A model generated the notes under the pieces. That model saw only the letters and a program-made list of their open reading frames with translations, was not told the DNA's origin and did not search any database. Made by a program: the position numbers and the translations under genes. A DNA stretch of 39,851 nt from Emcibacter sp. (GTDB lineage Bacteria; Pseudomonadota; Alphaproteobacteria; Sphingomonadales; Emcibacteraceae). Positions 8,977-18,334 of this stretch are shown here, one piece after another. The stretch spans positions 1-39,851 of the forward strand of contig JALUWZ010000141.1 of assembly GCA_027019205.1 (NCBI GenBank), written 5' to 3'. Each line of letters starts with the position of its first letter. Positions within the stretch are counted from its first letter, which is position 1.

Positions 8977-9429
8977 ATGGCAAGCGGAATTAACATATCA
9001 AGTCCGCCCTTATCTGGCCCCGGCAGGACCGCCGGTGACGCTGTAAAGTCTGTCAGGATACAGAAAGCAGCATCTCCGGAGAAACCACCGGAAAATACCA
9101 GTCAGGTTAGTCGTGCGGCTTCCGGCAACGTTTCATCAGCGATCGTCAAGACCGTTGAGAAGCGTGTTGACGTGTTGATATCAGGAAATACCACGGAATT
9201 TCTGAATGCTGCAGAGAAATTTATTAATGCTTCCCTGCCCGGCAAGCCCCCGGGAACCCGGTTGAGGATTAATCTGGACAAGGCTTCCGGAAGATTTGTC
9301 TATCAGGGCATTGATATCAAAACCGGCGAAGTGGTTACCCAGTTCCCGGCAGAGGAAATTCTCAAGCAACTGGCCTTTGTCAGAAAACGCGAGAACGCCA
9401 ATGGCATTGTGGTCGACAAAAAGGTTTGA
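8977..9429 (+). CDS. flaG: FlaG-family protein
   Basis: C-terminal RLRINLDKASGRFVYQGIDIKTGEVVTQFPAEEILK; downstream of a flagellin; GAGGA RBS. Confidence 0.8.
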   Translation: MASGINISSPPLSGPGRTAGDAVKSVRIQKAASPEKPPENTSQVSRAASGNVSSAIVKTVEKRVDVLISGNTTEFLNAAEKFINASLPGKPPGTRLRINLDKASGRFVYQGIDIKTGEVVTQFPAEEILKQLAFVRKRENANGIVVDKKV

Positions 9430-9456
9430 CGACAGCCTTTCCCCCGAAAAGAAATT

Positions 9457-10194
9457 ATGACTGACAGGGTTATTGTCATATCCCAGGCGCGTATGACCTC
9501 GACCCGCCTTCCCGGCAAGATATTGAAAGAAGTCTGCGGGCGGACTTTGCTGGATTATCATACAAGCCGTCTGCTGCACAGCCGTCTGATTGACCGGCTG
9601 GTCATTGCGACAACCGAAAACAGCTCCGATGACAGAATAGAAGATTTTTGCCAGGCCCGGGATATTGCCTGTGTCCGGGGCAGTGAAAGCGATGTGCTTG
9701 GGCGCTATTTCACGGCAATAGAGAAATTTCCCGCCGAGATCATTGTCCGGGTGACGTCGGATTGCCCGTTGATTGACCCGGAATTGATGGATCAGGTCAT
9801 CGGGTATTTCCTTGATCACCGGGACCGTTATGATTATGTCACGCTGGATGATAAAAATTTCCCGCGCGGTCTGGATGTTGAGGTTTTCACCCGGGAAGCC
9901 CTGACAAAGGCCTGTCATCATGGACAGGCTCCTCATGAACGCGAACATGTCACCCCCTATATCTACCGGCAGAACAGCGAATTCCGCTGCGGGGTCTTTC
10001 CCTCAAACGAGGAATCCGGCCATCACCGCTGGTGTGTGGACGAGGCGGCTGATTTTGATCTGGTTTCAAGAATCCTCCGGGCTTTCGGGGGTCGGGATGA
10101 TTTCAGCTGGCGGGATTGTCTGAAGTTGTTTGACGAAAATCCTGAATGGCTGGATATTAACCATGATATCCGGCAAAAAACCCTGTTTGAATAG
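9457..10194 (+). CDS. SpsF/FlmC-type acylneuraminate (CMP-nonulosonate) cytidylyltransferase, copy 1
   Basis: QARMTSTRLPGK, RGSESDVLGRY, VRVTSDCPLIDP, EREHVTPYIY, RWCVDEAADF. Confidence 0.88.
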   Translation: MTDRVIVISQARMTSTRLPGKILKEVCGRTLLDYHTSRLLHSRLIDRLVIATTENSSDDRIEDFCQARDIACVRGSESDVLGRYFTAIEKFPAEIIVRVTSDCPLIDPELMDQVIGYFLDHRDRYDYVTLDDKNFPRGLDVEVFTREALTKACHHGQAPHEREHVTPYIYRQNSEFRCGVFPSNEESGHHRWCVDEAADFDLVSRILRAFGGRDDFSWRDCLKLFDENPEWLDINHDIRQKTLFE

Positions 10195-10293
10195 CCGCTT
10201 GCTGCTTTCCGGTTAAAAGAAGTTAATGAATCCATTAACTTTTATCTATATAGTCATTGTCAGAAATGGTAATTTGCGAACAGGGAGCAGCCA

Positions 10294-10932
10294 ATGTCAC
10301 AAGATGAAACGGAACAGGTTAAATTCTGGCGCGGGGATTTTGGCAACAGCTATGTTGACCGTAATGCGCCGTCCCATGAACATCTGCGGATGAGGCTGTC
10401 AATGTGGAGCCGGATTTTCCGCTATATGGCGGCGGATATGCCAAAATCCATTCTAGAGGTCGGGCCGAATATCGGCCTGAATATCCGGGCGATGAAAATG
10501 CTGTGTGATGCCGAATTTTTCGCGGTCGAGCCAAATGCCAAGGCCCGGCAGGTTTTGGTAGAGGAAGGGGTGGTGTCCCCGGCCAATCTTCAGGACGGTT
10601 TTGCCGGTGATTTCACTCTGCCTGATGTGCCGGTGGATTTGGCCTTCACCGCCGGGGTACTGATCCATATTCATCATGATGATCTGCTGGCGGCTTGCCG
10701 GAATATCCATAAATCATCGGGGAAATATATTGTCTGCAATGAATATTTCTCGGACAAGCCGGAAGCAATTCCCTATCGTGGACATGGTGACAAGCTGTTC
10801 AAGCGCGATTACGGGGCTTTCTGGCTCGATAATTTTCCGGACCTTAAATGCCTTGGTTACGGGTTTGAGTGGAAGGCGATGACCGGACTGGATAATTCCA
10901 CCTGGTGGGTTTTCGAAAAGAGACAGGGGTGA
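10294..10932 (+). CDS. Pseudaminic acid biosynthesis-associated SAM methyltransferase
   Basis: FWRGDFGNSYVDRN, ILEVGPNIGLN (SAM motif I), GVLIHI, YRGHGDKLFKRDYG; abuts pseB. Confidence 0.88.
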   Translation: MSQDETEQVKFWRGDFGNSYVDRNAPSHEHLRMRLSMWSRIFRYMAADMPKSILEVGPNIGLNIRAMKMLCDAEFFAVEPNAKARQVLVEEGVVSPANLQDGFAGDFTLPDVPVDLAFTAGVLIHIHHDDLLAACRNIHKSSGKYIVCNEYFSDKPEAIPYRGHGDKLFKRDYGAFWLDNFPDLKCLGYGFEWKAMTGLDNSTWWVFEKRQG

Positions 10933-11970
10933 ATGATGGATGAGATAATGATCCGGTCTTTCAAGAGTGACCTCGGTTTTCTCGACGGGGCGACCCTGAT
11001 GATTACCGGCGGCACCGGTTCTTTTGGCAAGATGCTGACCCGGACCCTGCTTGACCGGGCCAATCTGAATCGTCTGATTATATTTTCCCGGGATGAGCTG
11101 AAGCAGTATGAAATGGAAAAATCCTTTTCCGGGCATGCCAAATTTGAAAGCCTCAGATTTTTTATCGGTGATGTCCGCGACAGAAATCGCCTTGATATGG
11201 CGCTCAGGGGGGTGGATTATGTCATTCATGCCGCCGCCCTGAAACATGTGCCGATTGCCGAATATAATCCGTTTGAATGTATCAAGACCAATATTTTCGG
11301 CGCCCAGAATCTGGCGGAGGCCGCCATCTGGTGCGGGGTGAAAAAAATCATTGCCCTCTCGACCGACAAGGCGGCAAGCCCGATCAATCTTTACGGGGCG
11401 TCAAAGCTTGCCTCGGACAAGATATTTGTCGCCGCCAACAGCCTTGGTGGCAGTCAGGATTTCTCCTGCTCCGTGGTGCGGTACGGCAATGTTCTTGGCT
11501 CGCGCGGCTCGGTAGTTCCCTTCTTCCAGAGGCTTGTTGCCGAGGGCAGCGACCATCTGCCGGTGACTGATATGCGGATGACCCGTTTCTGGATCACCCT
11601 GCGTCAGGGGGTCGATTTTGTCCTGAGCAATCTTGACATGATGCAGGGCGGCGAGATTTTTATCCCGAAAATCCCCAGTATGAAAATAAGCGATATGGCC
11701 CGGAGCCTTGCCCCCGGTATGGAGATACGCGAAGTCGGCATTCGTCCCGGGGAAAAGCTTCATGAACAGATGATTACCCGTGATGATGGCCGTCAGACCA
11801 TCGCCCTTGAGGACCGCTATATCATTACGCCGCAATTTAATTTCTGGACCGATGACTATTATATGGATCATCAGGCGTCCCGGGTTGCCGAAGATTTTGA
11901 CTATGCCAGCGACACCAATACAGAATGGCTTGACGATGCCCGGTTTCAGGAGTTGCTGAAAATAATATGA
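10933..11970 (+). CDS. pseB: UDP-GlcNAc 4,6-dehydratase (inverting) PseB/FlmA
   Basis: ITGGTGSFGK, SRDELKQ, HAAALKHVP, ALSTDKA, YGASK, VRYGNVLGSRGSVVPFF, RMTRFWITL. Confidence 0.95.
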   Translation: MMDEIMIRSFKSDLGFLDGATLMITGGTGSFGKMLTRTLLDRANLNRLIIFSRDELKQYEMEKSFSGHAKFESLRFFIGDVRDRNRLDMALRGVDYVIHAAALKHVPIAEYNPFECIKTNIFGAQNLAEAAIWCGVKKIIALSTDKAASPINLYGASKLASDKIFVAANSLGGSQDFSCSVVRYGNVLGSRGSVVPFFQRLVAEGSDHLPVTDMRMTRFWITLRQGVDFVLSNLDMMQGGEIFIPKIPSMKISDMARSLAPGMEIREVGIRPGEKLHEQMITRDDGRQTIALEDRYIITPQFNFWTDDYYMDHQASRVAEDFDYASDTNTEWLDDARFQELLKII

Positions 11971-13181
11971 CCGGCAAAGACCCCATATATCTGCCCTATG
12001 GTCGTCAGCTCATCGACGAGGATGATATTCAGGCAGTGGCAGAGGTCTTGCGCGGTGACTGGCTGACCACCGGCCCGATGGTTAAAAAATTCGAGGACAG
12101 ATTGCGGGATGTGACGGGCAGCTGTTATGCCCTGTCCTGTTCAAGTGGCACGGCGGCCCTGCATCTGGCCTGTATGGCTTTGGGAATTGGCGCGGGCGAC
12201 CGGGTGATTGTCCCGGCGATCAGTTTTGTTGCGACCGCTAACGCGCCTTTATTCTGCGGGGCCGATGTGCTGTTCAGCGATATTGACCCGGCAAGCGGCC
12301 TGATGCGGGCGCAGGATATCCGTGATCTGATGGCAAATCTTTCACCGGACGAAATGCGTTCAATCAAGGCGGTCATTCCGGTCAATCTGCTGGGGGAGGT
12401 CGCGGAGATTGAGGAGATTGCCGCGATTGCCAATGAGCAGGGCTGGAAAATAATTATCGACAGCTGTCATGCGCTCGGCAGCATATACCGGGACAGGCAG
12501 GGCGGGAGCCACCTGGTCGGCGATTGTCATTTTGCCGATATGGAGGTTTTTTCCTTTCATCCGGTCAAAACCATCGCCATGGGCGAGGGCGGGGCGGTGA
12601 CCTGCAATGACCGGGATGTGTATGACAGGCTGGCTTTGCTGCGCAATCACGGGCTGGAAAGAAATCCGCAAAATTTGCGGGTTGCGCCGGAAACTCCGGC
12701 CCCTTGGTATTACGAGATGCAGCTTCTCGGCTATAATTATCGCCAGAGTGACATACATGCGGCCCTTGGATTCAGTCAGTTGGGCAAGCTGTCGTCATTT
12801 ATCGAAAAACGGCATCTTCTCACAGCAAAATATGACCGGCTGTTCGGGGGATTATCCGACCATATCAGGCCGGTTCCCGCCGTTCCGGGCTGCCGGGCCA
12901 CCCGTCATCTTTATGTGGTCCTGATTGATTTTCCGGCCCTTGGCATTCCCCGCCATGATTTTGTTGGCAGGCTCGCGGCGCGAAATATTGGCAGTCAGGT
13001 CCATTATATCCCGATTCATACCCAGCCTTTTTATGTCGATAAATATGGTCCCCTGTCCCGGCCCGGTGCGGAAGATTATTATGCCCGCGCCCTGTCCCTG
13101 CCCCTGCATGTATCAATGTCGGAAGATGATGTTGCCTGTGTGGTGGCGCAGATTTCAGATATTGTCAGGGGGCAGGCATGA
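11967..13181 (+). CDS. pseC: PLP-dependent aminotransferase PseC/FlmB
   Basis: LPYGRQLIDEDDI, WLTTGP, SSGTAALH, FSFHPVKTIAMGEGG (PLP Lys), WYYEMQLLGYNYR; ATGA overlap with pseB. Confidence 0.93.
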   Translation: MTGKDPIYLPYGRQLIDEDDIQAVAEVLRGDWLTTGPMVKKFEDRLRDVTGSCYALSCSSGTAALHLACMALGIGAGDRVIVPAISFVATANAPLFCGADVLFSDIDPASGLMRAQDIRDLMANLSPDEMRSIKAVIPVNLLGEVAEIEEIAAIANEQGWKIIIDSCHALGSIYRDRQGGSHLVGDCHFADMEVFSFHPVKTIAMGEGGAVTCNDRDVYDRLALLRNHGLERNPQNLRVAPETPAPWYYEMQLLGYNYRQSDIHAALGFSQLGKLSSFIEKRHLLTAKYDRLFGGLSDHIRPVPAVPGCRATRHLYVVLIDFPALGIPRHDFVGRLAARNIGSQVHYIPIHTQPFYVDKYGPLSRPGAEDYYARALSLPLHVSMSEDDVACVVAQISDIVRGQA

Positions 13182-13939
13182 GCGGCAAACCCCGGATTAT
13201 TGCCACCATAGAGGCGCGGATGACGTCAAGCCGCCTGCCGGGCAAGGTGATGAAAGAATGCCTCGGCAAGACCATGCTGGCCCATATGGTGGATCGGGTG
13301 AAGCGCTCGGAAATACTTGATGATATTGTTATCGCCACCACGGTTAATGACACCGATGATGTGCTGGTCAAAGAAGCAGAACGGCTCGGGGTCCACTCCT
13401 ACCGGGGCAGTGAGGATAATGTCATGAGCCGGGTTGTCGAGGCGGCTGAATTTTATCAGGCCGACATCATTGTTGAACTGACCGGCGATTGCCCGCTGCT
13501 CGACCCGGCGCTGATTGATGTGGCGGTGGCGGAGTATTTCGACAGCGGAGTGGATTATCTGTCCAATCTTGATATTGATGAATTTGACAGGGGGCTGGCC
13601 CATCCGCTTGGCTTCGCGGTACAGGTTTTCAGCAGCGCGATACTTGCCGATGCCTATCGGCGCACCAATGACCCGCTTGATTTTGAGCATGTCAGCCGCC
13701 CGCTCTATCAGACGCCGGAACGTTATTCGGTGAAATATATGCCGACGCCTGACCGGCAGCGCGGCCCGGATATGTCCGTCACCCTTGATACGCCCGAGGA
13801 TTTTCAGGTGATCTCGGCGGTTCTGGAGTCTCTGTTGCCGGAACATCCCGACTTCACCATCGAGGATGTGGTGGCTTTCCTGTCTGCCCATCCGGAAATA
13901 CGCCGGATCAACCAGGATATTGGCCGGGTGAAAGTGTAA
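13178..13939 (+). CDS. SpsF-type cytidylyltransferase, copy 2
   Basis: EARMTSSRLPGKV, RGSEDNVMSR, VELTGDCPLLDP, EHVS, VTLDTPEDF; ATGA overlap with pseC. Confidence 0.85.
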   Translation: MSGKPRIIATIEARMTSSRLPGKVMKECLGKTMLAHMVDRVKRSEILDDIVIATTVNDTDDVLVKEAERLGVHSYRGSEDNVMSRVVEAAEFYQADIIVELTGDCPLLDPALIDVAVAEYFDSGVDYLSNLDIDEFDRGLAHPLGFAVQVFSSAILADAYRRTNDPLDFEHVSRPLYQTPERYSVKYMPTPDRQRGPDMSVTLDTPEDFQVISAVLESLLPEHPDFTIEDVVAFLSAHPEIRRINQDIGRVKV

Positions 13940-13943
13940 TCTG

Positions 13944-14885
13944 ATGCGGCAAGGATTTTCCACCCTGATCATTGGCTGTGGCGCGATTGCCGGCGGCTAT
14001 GACGAGGGGGATATTGCGGGGCCGGATGTCCAGACCCATGCCAAGGCCTTTCAGCTTCATGAGGGTTTTGACCTGTCGGGCTGTATCGACCGGGACCATG
14101 CGCGGGCGGAGGAATTTGCCAGAATATGGCAGGTGGGTCAGGTTTACGAAAGCCTTGATCAGGCGCTTGCGGATCGTGATTTTGATGTTATCTCGGTTTG
14201 CACATCGACGCCGGGGCATGAGAAAATACTGCGAAAACTTCATTCCACTAACCCGAGGCTGGTTTTCTGTGAAAAGCCGCTGACTGACCGGATCGCCTCT
14301 GCCCGGGATATGGCGGCGCTCTATCAGGGCAGGCTGGCGGTCAATTATCTGCGGCGGTTTGATCCGCATATCAGGCGCCTTGCCCGTCAGATATCGGACG
14401 GGGAATACGGCGATTTCCTGTCAGCGAAAGCCTGTTACAACAAGGGATTATATAATAACGGCTCCCATATGACCGACCTGATCCAGATGCTGACCGGCCC
14501 CCTGAAAGTGACAGCGGCGGGCGTCATCACCCGTGATTTCTGGCCCGATGATCCGACTATTTCTGCGCATCTTGAAAGCCGTAACGGGGCGCCGGTTGAG
14601 CTGATTGGTTCGGATGTGCGCCACGGCATGGTCTTTGATCTCGATCTTGTTTTTGAGTGCGCCCGCATCAGCCTGACAGATTTCAGCAACCGGATAACAA
14701 TCCGCATAAAAGACCGGGGGGAACAGAGCTTCACATGTGATCTTGACCGGGGGATGCTTAATGCGCTGTCCAATATCCATGACCATCTGATAACCGGGGC
14801 CGCGCTGTTTTCCACCGGGGAAAATGCCCTGTCGGCGCTCGGAATATGTGCCGATATCAGAAAAATGTCCGGACTGGAAGGGTAG
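13944..14885 (+). CDS. Gfo/Idh/MocA-family NAD(P)-dependent oxidoreductase
   Basis: IIGCGAIAG, FCEKPL, VNYLRRF, NNGSH. Confidence 0.9.
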   Translation: MRQGFSTLIIGCGAIAGGYDEGDIAGPDVQTHAKAFQLHEGFDLSGCIDRDHARAEEFARIWQVGQVYESLDQALADRDFDVISVCTSTPGHEKILRKLHSTNPRLVFCEKPLTDRIASARDMAALYQGRLAVNYLRRFDPHIRRLARQISDGEYGDFLSAKACYNKGLYNNGSHMTDLIQMLTGPLKVTAAGVITRDFWPDDPTISAHLESRNGAPVELIGSDVRHGMVFDLDLVFECARISLTDFSNRITIRIKDRGEQSFTCDLDRGMLNALSNIHDHLITGAALFSTGENALSALGICADIRKMSGLEG

Positions 14886-15848
14886 ATGACCAAAATTCTT
14901 CTCATCAGCCGCGACCCGGGGGCCACCAATCAACTGGTGGCCCTGCATCATATTCTCACCGGCCCGGACTGCGAAAACAGAAAGGCGCTGTTCGCCCGGC
15001 TGGGTCTGACTTCCTGTCCCGACATTATCGTAATTGCCAAGGATTATGCCGGTGATATCTGGCGGCAAAATGGCACCTGCGCAGAACAATGGCCGGGGAT
15101 AGCGTTGGAACAGGAAATAGGTGATTATCTCGAAAGCAAAAATCCCGGACAGATTATCACCGGCACCTGTCATGTGGATGACCGGACGGAACAGGCCATC
15201 TGGCGCTCTGCCCGGCGGCTTGGCATTGCGACCACGGCCTTTCTCGATGCCGTTCACAATATTGATCTGCGGTTTCGCGATAAGGACGGGGCGGTGGTGC
15301 TGCCGGACCGGGTATCGCTGATTGACGGCTCGGCGGTTCCGAAGATGCGCTCTCTCGGATTGCCGGAACAGGCGATATTTGTCTCGGGCGACCTGTATCT
15401 GGACTATAGCAGGGTCCGGGCGCGGGGCCATAGGCGGCGGGCAGACGGTCCCATCCTGTTTGCCTCCGACTATATTCGCGAGATGCAGGCGATGGGTCTT
15501 GTCTTTGAGGTTAATGAATTTGACTGTCTTGACTGCCTGATTGACCTGGTGAAGTCCGGGCGGATTTCGGAATATATATCCGATATGCGCCCCCCTTGCC
15601 ACCTGATCATCCGGCCCCATCCAAAGGATACCGCAGGAAAATATGACAGCTACCCGGCACTGAGCGATAAAAATATAACGATCAGGGTCGGTAAAGACGG
15701 GTCGGCGACTGAGGCCATCCTTTCATCATGTCTGGTGGCCGGTCTTGGCTCGGCGTTGCTGGTCGAGGCCCGGGCGCTCGGGGTCGCGGTGCTGGAACTC
15801 GGTCCTATTGTCCGCCGTCGTAAAGATCGTGGAAAAACTGTTTCATAA
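14886..15848 (+). CDS. Hypothetical protein, possibly a GT-B fold sugar-nucleotide enzyme
   Basis: 320-aa ORF starting immediately after the upstream stop; DPGATNQL N-terminal loop, IITGT, IIRPHPKD, VAGLGSALLVEARALG. Confidence 0.65.
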   Translation: MTKILLISRDPGATNQLVALHHILTGPDCENRKALFARLGLTSCPDIIVIAKDYAGDIWRQNGTCAEQWPGIALEQEIGDYLESKNPGQIITGTCHVDDRTEQAIWRSARRLGIATTAFLDAVHNIDLRFRDKDGAVVLPDRVSLIDGSAVPKMRSLGLPEQAIFVSGDLYLDYSRVRARGHRRRADGPILFASDYIREMQAMGLVFEVNEFDCLDCLIDLVKSGRISEYISDMRPPCHLIIRPHPKDTAGKYDSYPALSDKNITIRVGKDGSATEAILSSCLVAGLGSALLVEARALGVAVLELGPIVRRRKDRGKTVS

Positions 15849-16494
15849 GGGCGGTTTTGTTTTTTGGACTTTTTTGTTTCAGCAGCTCATCAAGTCTGTC
15901 GCCGCAGATATTGCCGCCGCGCTGACCTTGCAGACGGTAAAATCTGTCAGAGGTTATGGCATAGCTTACGGTGTCATATTTTTCGCCGTTGCGGATGGCG
16001 TAATCCTGCTGATAGCCGTCAAGTCGATAACCGATCAGCTCCAGTGTGTTCATCCAGCGCCAGTGACCGGCATGCTGGCCACCATATATCCGCTGAAGGT
16101 TGAGCCGGTCAAAGCCGTGTTTGGTTAAAAGCGCCACAGATTCGAGCGCCGCACCGCTGACGGAGCGATCACCGAAAACAATGCTGAGCGATGCCGTACG
16201 CAGGGCGGGGTTGATTGATTTCAGGCTCAATACGCCGATATGCCGCGATGTTTCCTTCTCAAGCGCGACCAGCAGCAGGGATGTCGGGTCGGCCATTTCC
16301 CGGGCGACGATTTCCGCCTGTTGCTCGCGGTTGACCGGATAGACCCCGTGAACAAGATATTCCGTAGTGTCCCTGTCATTGAACCAGCTGTGCCAATGGC
16401 CCCGCAGCACATCCTTTTCGATGTCAGGCTGGCGCAGGGCGACAATCCTGCCTTTCAGAAAAATATCGTCATCCTGCGGAGTCTGTCTGGTCAT
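15805..16494 (-). CDS. RimJ/RimL-type GNAT N-acyltransferase
   Basis: WHSWFND, HIGVLSLKSIN, HGFDRLNLQRIYGG, LELIGYRLDGY; 64 nt downstream of flagellin 2 on the same strand. Confidence 0.8.
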   Translation of the reverse strand: MTRQTPQDDDIFLKGRIVALRQPDIEKDVLRGHWHSWFNDRDTTEYLVHGVYPVNREQQAEIVAREMADPTSLLLVALEKETSRHIGVLSLKSINPALRTASLSIVFGDRSVSGAALESVALLTKHGFDRLNLQRIYGGQHAGHWRWMNTLELIGYRLDGYQQDYAIRNGEKYDTVSYAITSDRFYRLQGQRGGNICGDRLDELLKQKSPKNKTALMKQFFHDLYDGGQ

Positions 16495-16558
16495 TATGAT
16501 TTCCGGTTCCGGACTGTTTTCAACAGGGTATCACAGATGCAAAAAAAGAAAAAGGCCG

Positions 16559-17386
16559 TCACCCGAATATCCTGAGGATTGCCTGCGGTGCCTTATTGGC
16601 AATTGACAGGGCCTGCACCCCGAGCTGCTGCTTGACCTGAAGGGCCTGAAGATTGGCGCTCTCCTTGGCCATATTGGCGTCCACCAGATTGCCGATGCCG
16701 ATTTCGATAGTATTGGAAATCTTGTCGGCAAAAACCCGCTGGGCTTCAAGTGATTTGCCGCCGGCCCCGAGCTTGGTCAGGGTGACACTGACCGCCGCAA
16801 GAGAGGTGGAAATATTGCCCAAAGCCGCAGAGGCCAGGGCCTGTGTCGTGATGGTCTGGGCCGCAGTGATGGAAATAATCCCTCCGCCGAGGGTCAGATT
16901 CTGATGGGCGATGGTGATGGTCTGGCTGGCATTGGGGTTGGTGATGGCGACAATGGCGTCCGTCCCGCCGTCAATCAGGTTTGCACCGTTAAATTCCGCA
17001 TTATTAATGATAATCGTAATCTGGTCTCTCAGCGCCTTGAAATCTTCTGACAGGGCCGAGCGGCTGGTGGCATCAAGTCCGGAATCGGCGGCGGCGACAG
17101 CTTTTTCCTTCATCTGGATCAGCAGGTCTGAAATGGACCCGGCGGCGGCAAGGGAAACATCAGAGGTGCTGATTGACCGGTCCAGACTCTGCTTGACCGC
17201 GTTATAGCCCTTGAGGTCAGCGCGGAGCTTCTGGGCAATGGAGAAAATAGCCGCATTGTCTTTGGCGGTCGCAACTTTCAGGCCGGTGTTTATATGGGTC
17301 TGGGTTGTTCCAAGTTCACGTGTGGTGGCATTCAGGTTAAAGAGGGCTGATAAAGCAATTGCGTTGCTGTTAACAGAGAAGGCCAT
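16559..17386 (-). CDS. Flagellin 2 (275 aa)
   Basis: Flagellin N- and C-terminal motifs; AAGGA RBS. Confidence 0.97.
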   Translation of the reverse strand: MAFSVNSNAIALSALFNLNATTRELGTTQTHINTGLKVATAKDNAAIFSIAQKLRADLKGYNAVKQSLDRSISTSDVSLAAAGSISDLLIQMKEKAVAAADSGLDATSRSALSEDFKALRDQITIIINNAEFNGANLIDGGTDAIVAITNPNASQTITIAHQNLTLGGGIISITAAQTITTQALASAALGNISTSLAAVSVTLTKLGAGGKSLEAQRVFADKISNTIEIGIGNLVDANMAKESANLQALQVKQQLGVQALSIANKAPQAILRIFG

Positions 17387-17506
17387 TTTCGGGGTCCTTT
17401 AAAAAATAAATGTCGTAATTTCAGGACATCCGGGAGAGAAAGGCTGTGCCGGACCATTCTCCCGCAGATGGGTAAATCCTGTTCTGAAATGCGCCTTGCG
17501 GGCTTT

Positions 17507-18334
17507 TTACTGGAACAGTCTCAGAATGGATTGCGGCGCCTTATTGGCAATCGACAGGGCCTGAACCCCGAGCTGCTGCTTGACCTGAAGGGATTGCAGG
17601 TTGGCACTTTCCTTGGCCATATTGGCGTCCACCAGATTGCCGATGCCGATTTCGATGGTATTGGAAATCTTGTCGGCAAAAACCCGCTGGGATTGCAGTG
17701 ATTTGCCACCGGCGCCGAATTTTGTCAGAACCACACTGACCGCAGCAAGAGATACTGAAATATTGCCGACCGCCGCAGAGGCGAGAGCCTGCGAGGTAAT
17801 CGCCTGAGCCGCCGTGATGGTAATATTGCCGCCGCCGAGGGTCAGATTCTGATGGGCGATGGTGATGGTCTGGGTGGCATTGGGGTTGGTGATGGCCACA
17901 ACCGCATCGGTTCCGCCATCTATCAGATTGGTGCCATTGAATTCCGCATTGGCGACAATGATGCTGATCTGGTCGCGCAGGGCTTTGAAATCCTCGTTCA
18001 GCGCCGTCCGGCTGGTATTGTCAAGCCCGGCATCGGCGGCGGCGACTGCCTTTTCCTTCATCTGGATCAACAGGTCCGATATTGATGACGCGGCGGCAAG
18101 GGCAATGTCAGATGTGCTGACAGACCGGTCAAGGCTCTGCTTGACCGCATTGAACCCTCTCAGATCGGCCCGAAGTTTCTGGGCGATCGAGAAAATTGCG
18201 GCATTATCCTTGGCGGTGGCGATTTTCAGACCGGTGTTGATATGGGTCTGGGTAACTTCCAGGTCTTTGGTTGTTGTATTCAAATTGAGCAGCGCCGACA
18301 GGGCACTGGCATTTGTATTGACTGAGAAAGCCAT
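17507..18334 (-). CDS. Flagellin 3 (275 aa; start re-assigned to MAFSVNTN)
   Basis: Collinear with flagellin 2 (39 differences in 275 aa by manual alignment); GGAAGGAG RBS before ATG 18334. Confidence 0.97.
   Translation of the reverse strand: MAFSVNTNASALSALLNLNTTTKDLEVTQTHINTGLKIATAKDNAAIFSIAQKLRADLRGFNAVKQSLDRSVSTSDIALAAASSISDLLIQMKEKAVAAADAGLDNTSRTALNEDFKALRDQISIIVANAEFNGTNLIDGGTDAVVAITNPNATQTITIAHQNLTLGGGNITITAAQAITSQALASAAVGNISVSLAAVSVVLTKFGAGGKSLQSQRVFADKISNTIEIGIGNLVDANMAKESANLQSLQVKQQLGVQALSIANKAPQSILRLFQ

Noticed and set aside
10211-10244. TTAA clusters before the methylase as a full CtrA box
   Set aside because: Spacings are N6 and N8 rather than N7; AGTTAATG-aatc-CATTAACT-TTT could equally be a weak terminator. 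Left uncalled.
14448-15620. Long antisense ORFs (also 5205-6071, 9181-9948, 13226-13972, 37579-38850)
   Set aside because: They lie opposite well-supported genes, carry no recognisable motifs, and are expected from codon bias in GC-rich DNA.
7972-17386. Inverted flagellins flanking the glycosylation genes as an invertible phase-variation cassette
   Set aside because: Flagellin 1 and 2 differ at most third positions even in the conserved 3' end, and there is no recombinase or exact inverted repeat.
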